From contig NC_087251.1 of assembly GCF_037042905.1 (NCBI RefSeq), positions 40,736,001 through 40,800,000 of the forward strand: a stretch of DNA of 64,000 nucleotides, read 5' to 3'. A program made the position numbers and the translations under genes. Below the pieces are notes generated by a model. That model was not told the DNA's origin and did not search any database. It saw nothing but the letters and a program-made list of their open reading frames with translations. Numbering within the stretch: position 1 is the stretch's first letter; each line of letters opens with the position of its first letter. Origin of the DNA: Lytechinus pictus (taxonomy: Eukaryota). This document shows, in pieces, positions 1 to 13,590 of this stretch.

Positions 1-37
1 TCATTCTTTGAGAGTGTTGCAATAGGATGGGTGTATG
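1..37 (+). CDS. SLC6 sodium/chloride-dependent transporter, internal exon (TM10, cut by window edge)
   Basis: Reads SFFESVAIGWVY(G), the SLC6 TM10 signature. Donor gtgagt at 38, phase 1. Confidence 0.85.
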
Positions 38-629
38 GTGAGTATACATGATCCATGAAAAAACTTCCTACTTCCATTTAGAATATATCCCGTCATTTGG
101 GATCATACTTTGGCATGGTATCCTATCTGGCACACACGCAACAAAGAAAAGTGCACGTGGGATAAGGGCAGTTTGCCCCCAAAATAACCCATGACCTAAT
201 AGCTTCTTGATTCAATACGACACAAGGAACTTTAGTAGGAATGCATTCCCTGAACCTCATCCTAAACAGGTTTGTTAAAGACGATGTAAAACCATGCATA
301 ACCTATATGAACTTTAATTAACCGTTTCATGGAATGGAATGGTATCAGTTCCTTATAACATAGGAAACAATCTTTCTATTCAGTTTGTATTTGAGCTTTA
401 TCTTCATTCTATCCATGAGAATTTCAGGACAGTCGTAATTAATTGGGCTACCCTACTATTTTACAATGGTTATTTCACCGGGGGGGGGGGGGGGGGGCAG
501 TCAAATATATTGCTGTACATACGCGTGACCGAGGAATTTTACAATGGTTATTTTCATGTTGCGGTGCCACATCCCCTCTCCCCATACTCCTGTTTGTTGC
601 TTCCAAGTGGATTAGTCTCCAGACTTTGA

Positions 630-850
630 AATGGAAGGCTGTGAGTTTGAATCCCAGCAATCGCTAATAATTTCGTACAGCAAGATATTGTTCCACTCGA
701 GCAAGGTGAGATGAATGGGTACCTGGTGGGATTTATTCCTTTGAATGCTTAGAGCCTATATGGCGGCTCAGCTACGTACAGCCAGGGTAATAATATAATA
801 CCAAGTATCAGAGCATCGGTGGTTGAATATATGCATATAGTAACTGTGCT
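630..850 (+). mobile_element. Degenerate tRNA-derived SINE
   Basis: B-box-like gtttgaatccc and core ccactcgagcaaggtgagatgaatgggtacc, shared with copies at ~18100, 45590, 48830 and 52020. Confidence 0.6.
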
Positions 851-1128
851 AGATAAATGGAAATAATATTCTACCAATTTTTAATCATTGAATAATCTGC
901 ATTTATACAGTGCTTTGTACATAAGAATACTATTGAATACTCTACTCTTTATATTTCTATGGTTAGAAAAACTACAATGATAATGCACCAGACTTTTAAT
1001 ATTCATAAGGAAAATAAAGTAAAGCACTCTTTCCAGTTTATTTGATATACCATCCATATCCTACCCCTGCATATTCTTTGAATGATTGATGCAATCTATT
1101 TTCTCTCTCTTAATTTGTATGTATCTAG

Positions 1129-1241
1129 GTGCGGATAGGTTTATAGGCAATTTCCGCACAATGAATGACTTCAAAGGGCTATTTTGTTGTGGCCAATATC
1201 TGAAGATAACATGGCTAATAACCACTCCATGCTTTGCTATG
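1129..1241 (+). CDS. SLC6 transporter exon (IL5-TM11)
   Basis: tag acceptor. Reads (G)ADRFIGNFRTMNDFKGLFCCGQYLKITWLITTPCFAM. gtaagt donor; phases 1 to 0 match neighbours. Confidence 0.9.
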
Positions 1242-1639
1242 GTAAGTTTATGATCGTCATTGTGTCTTCGAAAGATTTATAATTGTACCCTCCACCCCCC
1301 CCCCTCAAAAAAGGAAAAATTATGATAGAGAGAGGAGTGAGAAAAATAGTACTGCAATGTGTAGCTTTACTAGTACATAGTTTATCTACTAAATTGTATT
1401 CACCATTAAATGTCTAAATTTTATTTATTTTGTAAGTCAAGTGACCTATCTTTCCAGGAGTCCATACTATTTTCCTTGAATAAAAGGAAAAATCTAATAA
1501 GTAGGAGATAATACACATATTCAGTCATTCGTTTAAATTTTATTAAAAACATCTTCAGTGTGATGAAACATTGATTAGCACACTCACAGATTGAGGTAAA
1601 ATGGTAATGGTAAAAATGACAAATGGTAGTGATTTTTTT

Positions 1640-1828
1640 TATCTGACTGCTATTAAAGAAAGCATGAATGCTTGTAAGCAAGCAACCAGAGGACCAAGGG
1701 CTTAAGGTCCTCTCAGAGGAACCTGGTAATGAAGATAAATGCCATACCAAAGGACACCAGTGCACCTAGTGGGAATCGAACCCGGGTCACGGGAATCCGA
1801 AACCCGCGCTTTACCGACTGAGCTGCAT
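1640..1828 (-). mobile_element. tRNA-derived SINE (tRNA-Arg-like head)
   Basis: Minus strand: A box agctcagtcgg, anticodon-like loop with TCG, B box ggttcgattcc. No acceptor stem; continues into non-tRNA body. The 3' boundary is approximate. Confidence 0.65.
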
Positions 1829-1935
1829 AAGGAAGGAATACAATTTTTAAAATGAAGAGAGTATGATTACAAAAAATATTCTAGTTATTTACAAATAATA
1901 AGAAATGAAAACAAGTGGCAAAATTAAACCATTAA

Positions 1936-2535
1936 AGGTCAAGTCCACCCCAGAAAAATGTTGATTTGAAAAAACAGAGAAAAATCAAAAAAGCATTATG
2001 CTGAAAATTTCATCAAAATCGGATGTAAAATAAGAAAGTTATGACATTTTAAAGTTTCGCTTATTTTTCACAAAACAGTGATATGCACAACTCAGTGCAT
2101 GCAAATATGACAGTCGATGATGTCACTCACTCACTATTTCTTTTGTTTTTTATTGTTTGAATTATACAATATTTCATTTTTACAGATTTAACAATAAGGA
2201 CCAACTTGATTGAATCATATACATGTACTATTAAACAATGCTAATTGCACATGTTCAGGGAGGAATTAATTGTTGTTTCACACGACAACAGGGAGAAAAT
2301 TTGAATATTTCATATAATAAAATATAAAAGAAATAGTGAGTGAGTGATGTCATCAGTCTCCTCATTTGCATACCGACAAGGATGTGAATATCACTGTTTT
2401 GTAAAATTAAGGGAAACTTTGAAATGTCACAACTTTCTTATTCTACATCCGATTTTAATGAAATTTTCAGTGCTTTGCTTGTGGGATTTTTCTCATTTTA
2501 TTCGAATCAACTTTTTGTTGGGGTGGACTTGTCCT
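1936..2535. mobile_element. TTAA-flanked non-autonomous DNA transposon (Kolobok-type MITE, family A)
   Basis: TTAA|AGGTCAAGTCCACCCC ... GGGGTGGACTTGTCCT|TTAA with ~120-bp imperfect TIRs. Homologous copies at 22087, 35041 and 54908. Confidence 0.85.
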
Positions 2536-2719
2536 TTAAGATACAGTATTCACAACCAAAAAACATGATACTGTAGTTATCTACAATATTAATATCTGAT
2601 TTTCAATTTTTTTTTTTTGAGAATTGTATTCACAAACTTTTATCACTTACTATGCATTTAAAAATAAAAAATCCAGATCTCCCATCATATTTATTTATGA
2701 CCTTGTTTTTCAATTTTAG

Positions 2720-2893
2720 GCAATTTTCATCTTCAGTCTTGTGAAATACACACCTGTGACGTACAATGATGTATACGTGTATCCATGGTGGGGATATATG
2801 CTAGGATGGATGATGGCTGTATCATCTATGATCTGCCCTCCAAGTTACTTCTGCTACCAACTTATCTTTAACAGCAAAGGCTCACTCAAAGAG
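2720..2893 (+). CDS. SLC6 transporter exon (EL6-TM12), GABA/taurine/creatine-transporter-like
   Basis: Reads AIFIFSLVKYTPVTYNDVYVYPWWGYMLGWMMAVSSMICPPSYFCYQLIFNSKGSLKE, with the YxPxxYN-Y-YPxW motif of the GAT/TauT/CT subfamily. ag/gt ends, phase 0-0. Confidence 0.92.
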
Positions 2894-3347
2894 GTATGAA
2901 TAGTTTGACAATTAGTACGTGGATCCCCCCCCCTTTTTTTTTTATGTACCTCATTGTAATGCCTCCTGCTAAACTTAAAATTTTTTGATAAAGATGATAG
3001 GAATTCCACTTAAGTTCAGCATAAATTCTTTTACTTGTTTGGATGGAGATTTCATTCCGCTTGGGTATTTGTTAAAAAGAGTTTTCAATGTATTGTCGAG
3101 TACTGCTATCTTCAAAAGGAGTACATACAGACCCAGTATAAATACGTCCTAAATCTTTGATATGTATTTCAAAACTTGGAAAATTTGATGAAATTGACAG
3201 TGGTTTTGATGGAGTAACGGGAGTTTAGACTTACTTTGTAATTCAATAATGTATATCAGAAGCCCTAGTTTATTGGCTGTCTTATTCTACCCGACTTCCA
3301 ATATGGTAAACTTCAAAGACACATGAACATAAACTACATAAACTTAC

Positions 3348-3391
<44 letters not shown>

Positions 3392-4982
3392 ATGTGATGA
3401 CAAGTTTACTTGTATAATGTATAAGTTTGTATAATGTATAAGTTTACTTGTATAATGTTTACTTATATAATATATTTATATATATATAAATTTATTATAT
3501 TTGGCATATACAGGCACCGTAATAACTCTTTGCAGAGTTTTGTGGAAATTAAATGGAACTTCATTTTGAATGTGCAACGTTCATAATCATCATTCATAAT
3601 TAGGTTAAAATGGTTGACCCTTTCATTGATAAAGTTGGGCAAAATTGAATTGATAATAATAAATCTACAGAAATATGATTTATTTTAAAATAGTAACATG
3701 ACAAGTTACATACCTACATAGAAGCAATGTTGAAGTATTGATCCACTTTAAACATAGCTACCTCATCTCAAGTCACTAGTACATGAGGATTCTATCAGCA
3801 TACCGATCTAACTCTAGATAGTATCACTTACAAGTCATTAATACTTCAATGTTGTTCGATGTCATGTTCTATGTTGGTACCACCCAGCATACTTCATCGG
3901 CCATCATCCCATGATCAACGTCATCTATCATTTATTCCTCGGGACAAGAAAGCATTCCCACAAAACACATTGCAACTCAAATGTCAATTATGACGTTGAC
4001 CTTGTCTAGCTGTGCTTTTGTTCACAAATAGCTACAAATGGATACTTCGACACTACATGAGAGGCTCTGAGAAATATGATTGTATTAATCACTTACCCTT
4101 GATCCCCTTTTATATATTTTACTTTTTTAACTCTTTGCACGCTGAATGAATTTTGGGGGATGAAAATGACAATTGTTCCATGTTATTTTCTTTAATTCAA
4201 GATATCCATATTGCACCATTGATACTTATTATTATTATATAGATGTTATCCAAGTACTAGTGCCTTTTATTAGGTTATCTAATTTGAAGGTAGGGGAGAA
4301 AACTAATTATTACAATTGTTGAATTCAATTGTACGAATGTGCAAAATTGCAACATCAGCGCGCAAAGGTTCAGATTAATATCAGTTGCTTGTTGATACAT
4401 CGATCTTGGAAACCGACCATACTAAAAAGCTAATATCAACAAGTGCATATGTCTTGACTTTTGGGATATATCTATCACCTTGTGCCAATCTTGAGTAACG
4501 GTAAATAGGCCTATCAAAGTCTCAGTTGGCTTGTTTAGGCTGTATTACAGACCACTATACTAGTGAGGGTAGTGGCCCTAGGTACGTCTGATCAGATATG
4601 ATGAGGAAGCTATGTAGGATGGTACTGCGCTGTTGATTTGAAGGCCAAAGCTTTTCAAATGCATGACTGATGACCCCCGCCTTGTGCTTAAATTCGATTC
4701 TCAATAACTTGTATTTTATCAGCTAGAGTTAAATTCTGATATTGTCTGGCTTCTAATGCAAAGGTTGTCAAGATTTGATTATACTAATAGCAATATAATG
4801 TTCCCTGCCATCATATTAAACAGGGAACGTATTGGGTATCTCAAGCAGAGGAAGGATCACTGGTCGCTTGTAATGTTGTGTATAACTTTTTTTTATGAAA
4901 TCTTACCCCATGTTCATCTCCGATGTTTGCTATGTTTGTTATACTGTATGTGATAGACACTTGATACATTTATTATTTACAG

Positions 4983-5174
4983 CGCTGGGCTTTATTGACT
5001 ACTCCGAGGCTGACCCATCTGAGAAGTAATAATGCCATAGAGGAAGTCCCTGATCTGGAGTTGACCAAGGTCGATGCTCATGGTGAGAACGGAACCAATC
5101 TTCCACCTTCCTACGAGGAAGTGGCAGAGATGAATGGTGATACCAACCTCCAAGATGTAGACCTTAATGTATAA
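4983..5174 (+). CDS. SLC6 transporter last coding exon (cytoplasmic C-terminus)
   Basis: cag acceptor. Reads RWALLTTPRLTHLRSNNAIEEVPDLELTKVDAHGENGTNLPPSYEEVAEMNGDTNLQDVDLNV*; RW..LxxP follows TM12 in SLC6 proteins. TAA at 5172-5174. Confidence 0.85.
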   Translation, partial: RWALLTTPRLTHLRSNNAIEEVPDLELTKVDAHGENGTNLPPSYEEVAEMNGDTNLQDVDLNV

Positions 5175-8100
5175 GATTCTATAGGTCTCAAGATGGTGGA
5201 GTCCGGGATCTGTGGGAGCAGGGGCATCCACTTCAATGAATACAAATCTGGGAAACAATAAGAGACAAGTCTTAAAAAATATGCCAAAGTCGGAAGGCAT
5301 GTACAAAATGTGAATCAAGTTGCTCCCGTACAGGGAGTTTCCGACATGACAAAAGAAAAATGTATTTTTCTCTCTTTCAGAACAAGATATTGCAAATCAA
5401 CGACCAACATTATCTTTCTTTCTTTAGCACTAAAGCATGATATATGTGTGCTTGACACCATGTATTTATTTCCCAACAAAAAGAAAAGAATTATTGGGAA
5501 ATAATAGTCAACATAAACAATTTACAAGTTGTACATGATGATATAGAACACCCCTGATGAACTCCCAATCCACTGTCTTCAGTGTATGACTTTTGGAATA
5601 ATGCAGGGGTCTTAGAAAGTATAGTGCGGTGCTATGTAGAGCTGATCATATAAATGCTTCTAAATGTGAAGAAAGAACCAAGAAAGTGACAAGAAGATGT
5701 GATTTAATTATGTGGATCAGAAATGTTTGATAAATACTCATTCTGCTCATGCCTATTCATATGTAAACATATTATGCAATTCAGTGCTCTACTTAATATA
5801 AGCCACTGCGAGATAACAATTCTATAAACTTACTGACTTTTCATTTTGTCAATGTAAGGGATTCTCTTTTTAAATTGTACTTAAGAAAATTTCAAGAATC
5901 TGCAATAAAAATTCTTATGCATTTTCTTGTTTGTTTTTTAATCGACGGTTTAAAGGTATGCATTTACAATTATTGGAAAGCGAGACCTTTAATATCTCAG
6001 TGTGTCATTTTGAAATAAGTGGACCAAAGTTCATTTAAAATAATGCAAAATAAACTAGTTGTTAATGATATGTATACTAATAAATTGTCTCCTGAATTAA
6101 CTTTAAACTACAGGGTATTCTGTAAATCTTCTTTGAAAAAATGTTTAACAGACTATTTCAATCTTTATATTGAAATTTCCTATACACTAAAGAATGGGAC
6201 TAATCACAACTGAATTCTTATATATTTAGGATATTTTGAATTCAGTTAATTAATATGATGAGAATGAGATTGTTCTAAGCATCAACAAAAATCATGATGA
6301 AAATATCACAGTAGTAATTAGGCAAATTATTAAGAAACATCTTAAGAACAAGATCAAACAGAAAGGCAATTGAAGAGATTTTTAAAAACTTTGGAGGAAT
6401 GAGTCGGGTGTTCTTTTTTATTCATGAAACTGATCAACTGAACTTTGACTGACAATGATATGCCCATGAATGATAATCTTATGATAGTAGAGATTGTTTT
6501 GCCAAAGAGGACAATTATCTACTAATACTATTTAAACATCTGATTACATTGACAATTGGCTTTTAGTGGGTATTGCATCCAAAGAAGCAGAATGTCTGAT
6601 GAATATGTGAAATCAAAATTGTATCCTTCTTATTTGTATATTTTGACAGTGTTTTTTCAAACATTTCTACACTACAAGATAATATTGCTGCAAAAAATGG
6701 AATAGAATATGAATGTGAAACAATGCATGAAAAATCAGGGGGCAGGGCCAGTGTATTGTAAGGGGGGGGGGGGACTACTTTAAAGTAGCCTTCTTCTCAA
6801 TTGGATGTGGGAAACGAGATGTCTCTCTTTGATTCTCTTCTTTCTTCATTTTTCTTAACATCTTTTTACCCCTTTGGATTTTTAATATCCTCACTTGAAA
6901 AAAAACTCATAAAAGGTGGCTGCCCCGCCCCTTGTACGGCCAACCTTGGAATAAAGATGAGGCTATGAAATATATGAAGACTATTTTCGATTTGGGAAAT
7001 GTTCAGGTCACAATATGACCAATGTATATGATATCTCTGTATAAAGGTTATATAGAAATGTGTATGATTGTTTGTGATAATTACTGAAATAGCAAATAAT
7101 TTGTGTAATTTTTGTATATGTTTGGTGGATGTGCACTCTATATATTTTTAATACAAGAAATATGGTTTTATAATGGTTTCTCTTCTATCCTATGAAATCA
7201 TATTTTAGGTCAGCTCATGGTCTTAATTCAGGATGGAAGAATTATTAATACAATTTTGTTTATTCATATAATTTTTTTTTTACATTTCTCTTTTGTTAGT
7301 TACAGAGTCCAATTTAAAGCTTTTAAATATAAACATACATTTATTTGAAATTATGTTCACAAGATAACTATTTCTCACTAATTGAAGATTGATTGGAATG
7401 TATTTAAACTGAAGTGTGTTCAATGAGACTAACCATTTATAAATACGTACATGCTTCCAAACATAAGGAGCATACATCAGAGATGTGTTCTAAGTATATT
7501 TTCATACCATATTTACTTTCAGAGGCTGTGAAAAAAAAGTACAGGTTATTACCTCATGCGAGAATAATTTAACAATCTGAAAGCAGTTCTCTTTTTCAAA
7601 ACTTCATTTTCTTTCCTCTCTTGTCAAAGAAACAACCAAAGAAATGTGATGACATTCAATGTTTAAACAATGTTTGTTTTGTGACTAGGTGAAAGAGAGA
7701 GTATATATTTGGTGACCTGTGGAATGTGTGCTCTGTGTTCTGTACAGACATCTTATCAGTATATACCTCCACAAGATCAACTATTCCAACCAATCTCACT
7801 GCCTTAAGATGTAGGTTCCCATTCATTATCGTCCCTTTCTTCATTGCACAAACCTGCTTCAAAGTAAAGAAATCAAATCATTTCTTGGCCAATGCTTGGC
7901 ATAAATCACTCTTCACACTACGTATAAACAGGCTTTTTTTATGTCATGAAATCACATGATTTTAAAATCCGCGTTCAAAGCAAATTTATTTCAAGTTACC
8001 CCCTCCTTCGAAGAATGGACATGAACAAAATCAATAAAAAGCCATAAAGCCATTTTGAATCTCTCTTTATGGCTACTAGAATCCAATATTTGACACTTAC

Positions 8101-11100
8101 TTGATTGGTAACTTTCAAGAGTGAGACATGTATCCTTTCTTCCAAGCTGCTGAGATCATTTCTAACAAGAAAGATTTTACAAGCTGCTGAGATCGTTTCT
8201 AATAAGAAAGATTCACATTGTAATATGAATTCATGATACAATACCACCATACTCATTGTTGCCAGTTTGCTTCACTTAAGTCCATCTTATATCTGATCAA
8301 TATTTATCCCCATCACCCTCATAGTGTCAGTAGTCTGTATTTGCCCAAAGTAAATATAAATTAATTCTCACATGTGATTTCATACTTTCAAATGGTAAAT
8401 TTAAGATAGCAACCATTTTTAAGTCATTAATAATGTCTTTCTTATGCTGTGTGCAATGGAACATGAATGCTGTTTGAAACGTCTTGACTCATTCATTGAT
8501 TGCAATAGCATCTTATTATCTTGTGGATCTTTATTAATTGTAGGTTGATAGATACCATAAATCAAAGTCTTTTTAACGAGGAATACATGTAGAATTGCAT
8601 TGCTAACAATCAGAACAGTAAGCTTGATCGTCTGCATGGCTCTAATGTGATACACTTTGAAACAAAGGAATACATTTGTCATATATTGACACCTGTGGTG
8701 TTGTGTTTATTCTAGAATGTGCTTTCTAATAAGCGTTCATAAAGTATGTGTAAATAATAATGATAACAATTGGAATAATATGAAAATTATTCATCGTGCT
8801 TATGCAAATTGCATAGAGTTAGGTGTGAGTATAAATGTCTTTATGTGAATGTAGAAGTTTAATTGAAAACGGCGTGTAGATCTTTGTGATTGTGTAAAGT
8901 GCATGTCTCGTACAGTGAACTGTGTGAAGATGTCGTCTTAGCAGTTCCGTCCAGATCAAATAAAGCAATAAACACTTGATGTTTCCTCCTTGAAAGCAAA
9001 CCAAAGTATTTAGAAGAAATGAAATATCCAATTTTACAGAGTATATTTTTCATTATAGCAATTGTCTAATGGTACTACAAACTACCCTGAAGAAAATTGA
9101 AAGTAAAATATGAATGATAAATCTCAATAAATGAACTCTAGAGCTTTGTATCAGTCAATGTTTTTATTTGTTCAAACAGCAAAAGATTGAATGTTATTTT
9201 TTTTAATATTGGCTCTACAGAGTCTCACGTAGGTTAAGACTTACGTCAATACATGTACCTTATGAACATTAGCAAAGTGCTTTCCATTAAACCTCCATTA
9301 AATAATTACTGCCAATTTTGTAATTTATTATGTCAGGTCTGGGTAAGGATTTTGTCTGCAAACTTAAATGGCTACATTTTCATTCATTTTCAAATTTGCC
9401 AAAGTGAATTTCAATTTACATTTATAGTGTGCTGGAATCGGTCACTTGCTGGAAATGATCTTGTGAAAATAAATAGAGGGCTTTCAAGCGATCAGTTTGA
9501 TTCTTTATAATTAGAGTCAACTGAAGGATACCAATCGAAATGAAATCATGGCAATTCATAAATGATATTTTTATTGTATCAAAGTATTGACTTTTATTCA
9601 GAGCTTTTTATTCATATTTAGTGCAGTGTCATTTACTGACTATATATATGTGGATAATAAAGTTTTATTGATGTAAATATATAAATAAGCTTTATAATAG
9701 TCTTTTCCTCTTGCAACCCAAGTCATACATTATTACGAACAAAAAAAAACCTACCAGAATAGATAAATTCAATTTCTCAAAACCTTCAACAATTTGTGAG
9801 TATCTCAACACACAATCATGGCTTTTAAAATTGTAATTACTGTTGGCCAATATTCATCTAAAATAAATGAGCAAACTGTACATATGTCACTAGATAATAC
9901 TATTAAAGAGTCAGTTGATTGGTACTAACGCTTTATTGGAAGTTAAAAGCGACAGTTTCTCTTGATACATTTATGTCATATAAGAACTGTTTATTATGAA
10001 TAAATTCATATGCAAGTTCACTTTTGCTTGGCCTTTATTTATTGCTGTGTGTTTTTTAGCATCTGCTAGTCAGCTACATTTATTCACATGATACAGGATT
10101 GCAAATAACATGAATGTAATGTACCTTATAGGACAAGTCCATCCCAGCAAAAAGTTCATTTGAACAAATAAAGAAAAATTAAACATCACACTTAAATTTT
10201 AGCTAGATTAGATGTGAGAAAAACAATAAAAGTTATACAGTTTTAAAGTTTCGCTTATTTTCAGAAAACTGATATTCAATTCAAATTTAATTTCATTTTA
10301 TTATCCAGTGTGGAAATTTGTATAAACTGTGTATTATCATAAAGAATGACTTAGAGACAGTGACAAAAGAAATTTTCCACGATGATGTTAATAATAAAAA
10401 TATAAGAATAAAAATATAGACTTGTAAATGTGTATGTGTAGATGATTGCCAGGTAGAAAAGACAACAAAAAAAATTATGATAGTAAGATTGTTGTATGTG
10501 TGTATAGAGAGGAAAGCAGGAATTTAGGAAACATTGAGTGCGAAAAGTCCTCGACCTGAACAAATTATCAACGATCTAGCCTAAATGCAAATTGAATTTC
10601 AATAAATTGAATCCAATATTTATTCAGATGAAGGGTCAGATCATTCGGGGGGGGGGGGGGTCACTGCTTTTAAAAATGGGACATCTGCAAATATTTTCCA
10701 AGAAAGTACTCTAAACATTGCAAGGATTCAAGGGCATGCCTTAAGACACTAAACACAGATTTTGTGCATATATCCCAGATTTGCACTCTCAACGGGGATT
10801 TCATTTAATATTTTTCCCCTTTTTACACTCCATTCGCGTTCCGCACCTACGGGAAAACACTGATAAAACAGTCTATGCAAGAATCGATTATGCGATCAAG
10901 CGCTCGTCAACATATTCATCGGATAAAAAGTTTTTCTGTGTTAGCTGTCCAGTCTCAATCACTCTCATTCAATTATTTTTCTCATCTTTTGGCGTTTTTG
11001 ACACTTCGCATTCTACGCCTACCCACAAAAAAATCTGTGTTTTCTTTGTCGCGGATGTTGTCCATTGTCAGTGACCTCTCCTCCCCCAAGATGTCATGCA

Positions 11101-11829
11101 ATCACTATTTCTTATGTATTTAATTATTTATTTTTGGTTTAATGAATTAAATATTGAGATTACACATGATCCATGAATAATCAGTCGTTACATTATAATC
11201 ATTGGAGGAAAAATTGAAATATTTTACAGTGTAATACAATTTAAGAAATAGTGATTATATGCCATCATTTCCATGTTGTGTATATCTATGCCTAAGCTAA
11301 AACTGAAAATGTCATAACTTTCATATGGAAATTGAATTTAGATGAACATTCAAGCCTTATGTTTATATTTCTCCATTTACGATTTGTCGGGTTGGACTTG
11401 ACCATTACCAATAGTGTCTAAGCCATCTTTGGTACATATTTCATTGGGGGAGTGTTGCATAGAGCATTATGTCATGATTTGCACCGATCAATTCTTTCTC
11501 AGCCATTCAGATGCAAGGATTTTTTCCAGTAGCTTATAACAACTGCCGGTGATAATCACTGACCAAAAACTAAACAAAATGCTCCCCTCGGCATCATTTC
11601 CCTTCTATTCCCATTTTGGTTACAATGGGGTTCATAAAAGCTTACATTCAGCCAAGCTACCAAAAGCCAATAAATACAACTTTTGCTAAACTTCCACAGA
11701 ATGCAATTTCAAAATACAAATTGTGGGGTTTTTTTCAAAACCATTTTAATGCCTTTCAGACTATAAACATAAATGGATCATACTGTTTAAGTGTAAAATA
11801 CAAGTAATAAAAGTGTAAAATGCACTTAA

Positions 11830-12231
11830 AGGGGAAGTTCACCCTGAAGAAAACTTTGTTGTAAAAATAGCAGAAAAAAATAGTAAAAAATATTGGTGAA
11901 GGTTTGAGGAAAATCTGTTAAAGAGTAAGAAAGTTATTAGAGTTCAAAGTTTTGGATTTGTGACGTCATAAACAAGCAGCTGCCCCATGTGTTATGTAAT
12001 ATAAAATGCATGAATTTCAAATTTTGTATGGTTCCTAATGACTTAATTTTGTTTTCTATTCATGATCGGGCGTGAAATGATTTGTCTGTTGATATACAAA
12101 AGGTACAGTGAAAACCATTTTCAATTTTCTGAGAAAATGACATTTCATTGATTTTTTACCATTCGCTATGTAGGAATGCTGCTCGCATATGACGTCAGGG
12201 TGAACAGGTTTTGTCAGGGTGAACTTCCACT
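11830..12231. mobile_element. TTAA-flanked Kolobok-type MITE (distinct family)
   Basis: TTAA|AGGGGAAGTTCACCCTG ... CAGGGTGAACTTCCACT|TTAA. The empty site is visible in the adjacent tandem duplicate. Confidence 0.85.
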
Positions 12232-13590
12232 TTAATAGAATATTGTCATTACTCTTTCATAAAAAGCACAATATTTTACCCAAATGCATTTTCAAAATAC
12301 ATATTGTGGTTTTTTTTCAAAACCATTTTAATGCCTTTCAGACTCCAAACATAAATGGATCATACTGTTTAAGTGTAAAATACACTTAATAAAAGTGTAA
12401 AATACACTTAATAGAATATTGTCATTACTCTTTCATAAAAAGCACAATATTTTACCCAAATCAACATAATAATTGCGATATAAAATGTGATATAATCACT
12501 ACTGTCTATTTTTGCCACAATTGTTTTTAAGCAGATTAATTGCAGATTAAAGCATACATGTACATCATCCCTTCATGTGCTATCATTTTGATCACTCTTC
12601 TCCACATATATTTATTACAAATCAACTTGTATAGTAAACTCTTTATATTGCATAACAACTTATATTCCTATACCTGTCAGTCTGTAATATGTCTTTTTAA
12701 TCAGTTATAAGTAAAAATTATGTTATATATTTCATCAGTTAAAACAATAGAAGAAAAATGCAAATTAACTTTGCTCATCCATTTGATCATATATTTGTTT
12801 ACCTTGATTTATTAATATTTAATACCTTTTAGAGATTTTAAAATGTATTTTCATTTTTGAAATCCTCTTCATTTTATCCCACATTTTAAAGTAAATAATA
12901 GCAAATTAAAAAAAATCTTTCGAAAAATGATTGGTGGTATAAAATATGAAAATTAAGACAGATATATTGAAGCTTTGTGAAAGAGAAAAGAACAAGTCAT
13001 TTGAAAAGCGGTAATAAAAGTGTGGTATCAGTAAAAAATAAAAATAAACAGTAATTGGCAGATGGATAGGCAAATTAGAATTGATTATCAGGACCAATTT
13101 TCTACAATGTGTTTTCTTTATAGCTGATTTTGTCTGCACAAAACAAGGATTATAAGTCTATTGCACTTAGATTCAATATATCATCTATAGACACATTGCT
13201 TTTTATCCTTCCTTCAAACAACTGATGACTGGACATCGCCAAGCTCAAGACATATCATTTGAACAGTTTAGAAAGTTATGTTTGATTCTTACTTTCTCAT
13301 TGATAAATGACTAGTAAGCTGAAAATGTCTTCTGCTCGAAAATGTTGTAATTATTTTTAATGCAATCATATTTTACTCGCTGGATACCAAAAATGATCAT
13401 ACCCCAATCCCCCCTCCCCCGGCACCAAAAAAAAAATTATTGAAGAAAGCAATGATTCCAAGCAATTATAATGTAGATTCAAATTAACCAAGTATTCAAC
13501 TATATCTTTGAACACATGACAATTGAATTAGATCATCATAAATATCGGTCTGATGTAGAAAAAAAAAACCTGATGTTTGAAAATATAATC

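Noticed and set aside
1765..1828. tRNA-Arg gene
   Set aside because: A and B boxes are present, but there is no acceptor stem and it runs into a repeat body. It is a SINE head.
2344..2568. Repeated small ORFs ending ILMKFSVLC...LGWTCPL (also at 22073, 22454, 55421)
   Set aside because: These are translations of the same MITE terminal repeat, not a protein family.
4598..4670. Box C/D snoRNA candidate (ATGATGA ... CTGA) in the SLC6 intron
   Set aside because: No convincing terminal stem and no recognisable rRNA-complementary guide.
5172..5261. Stop-codon readthrough extension of SLC6
   Set aside because: TAA-G is a tight stop context, and a short open frame after it is expected by chance.
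4992..5318. 108-aa minus-strand ORF
   Set aside because: Antisense shadow of the SLC6 last exon.
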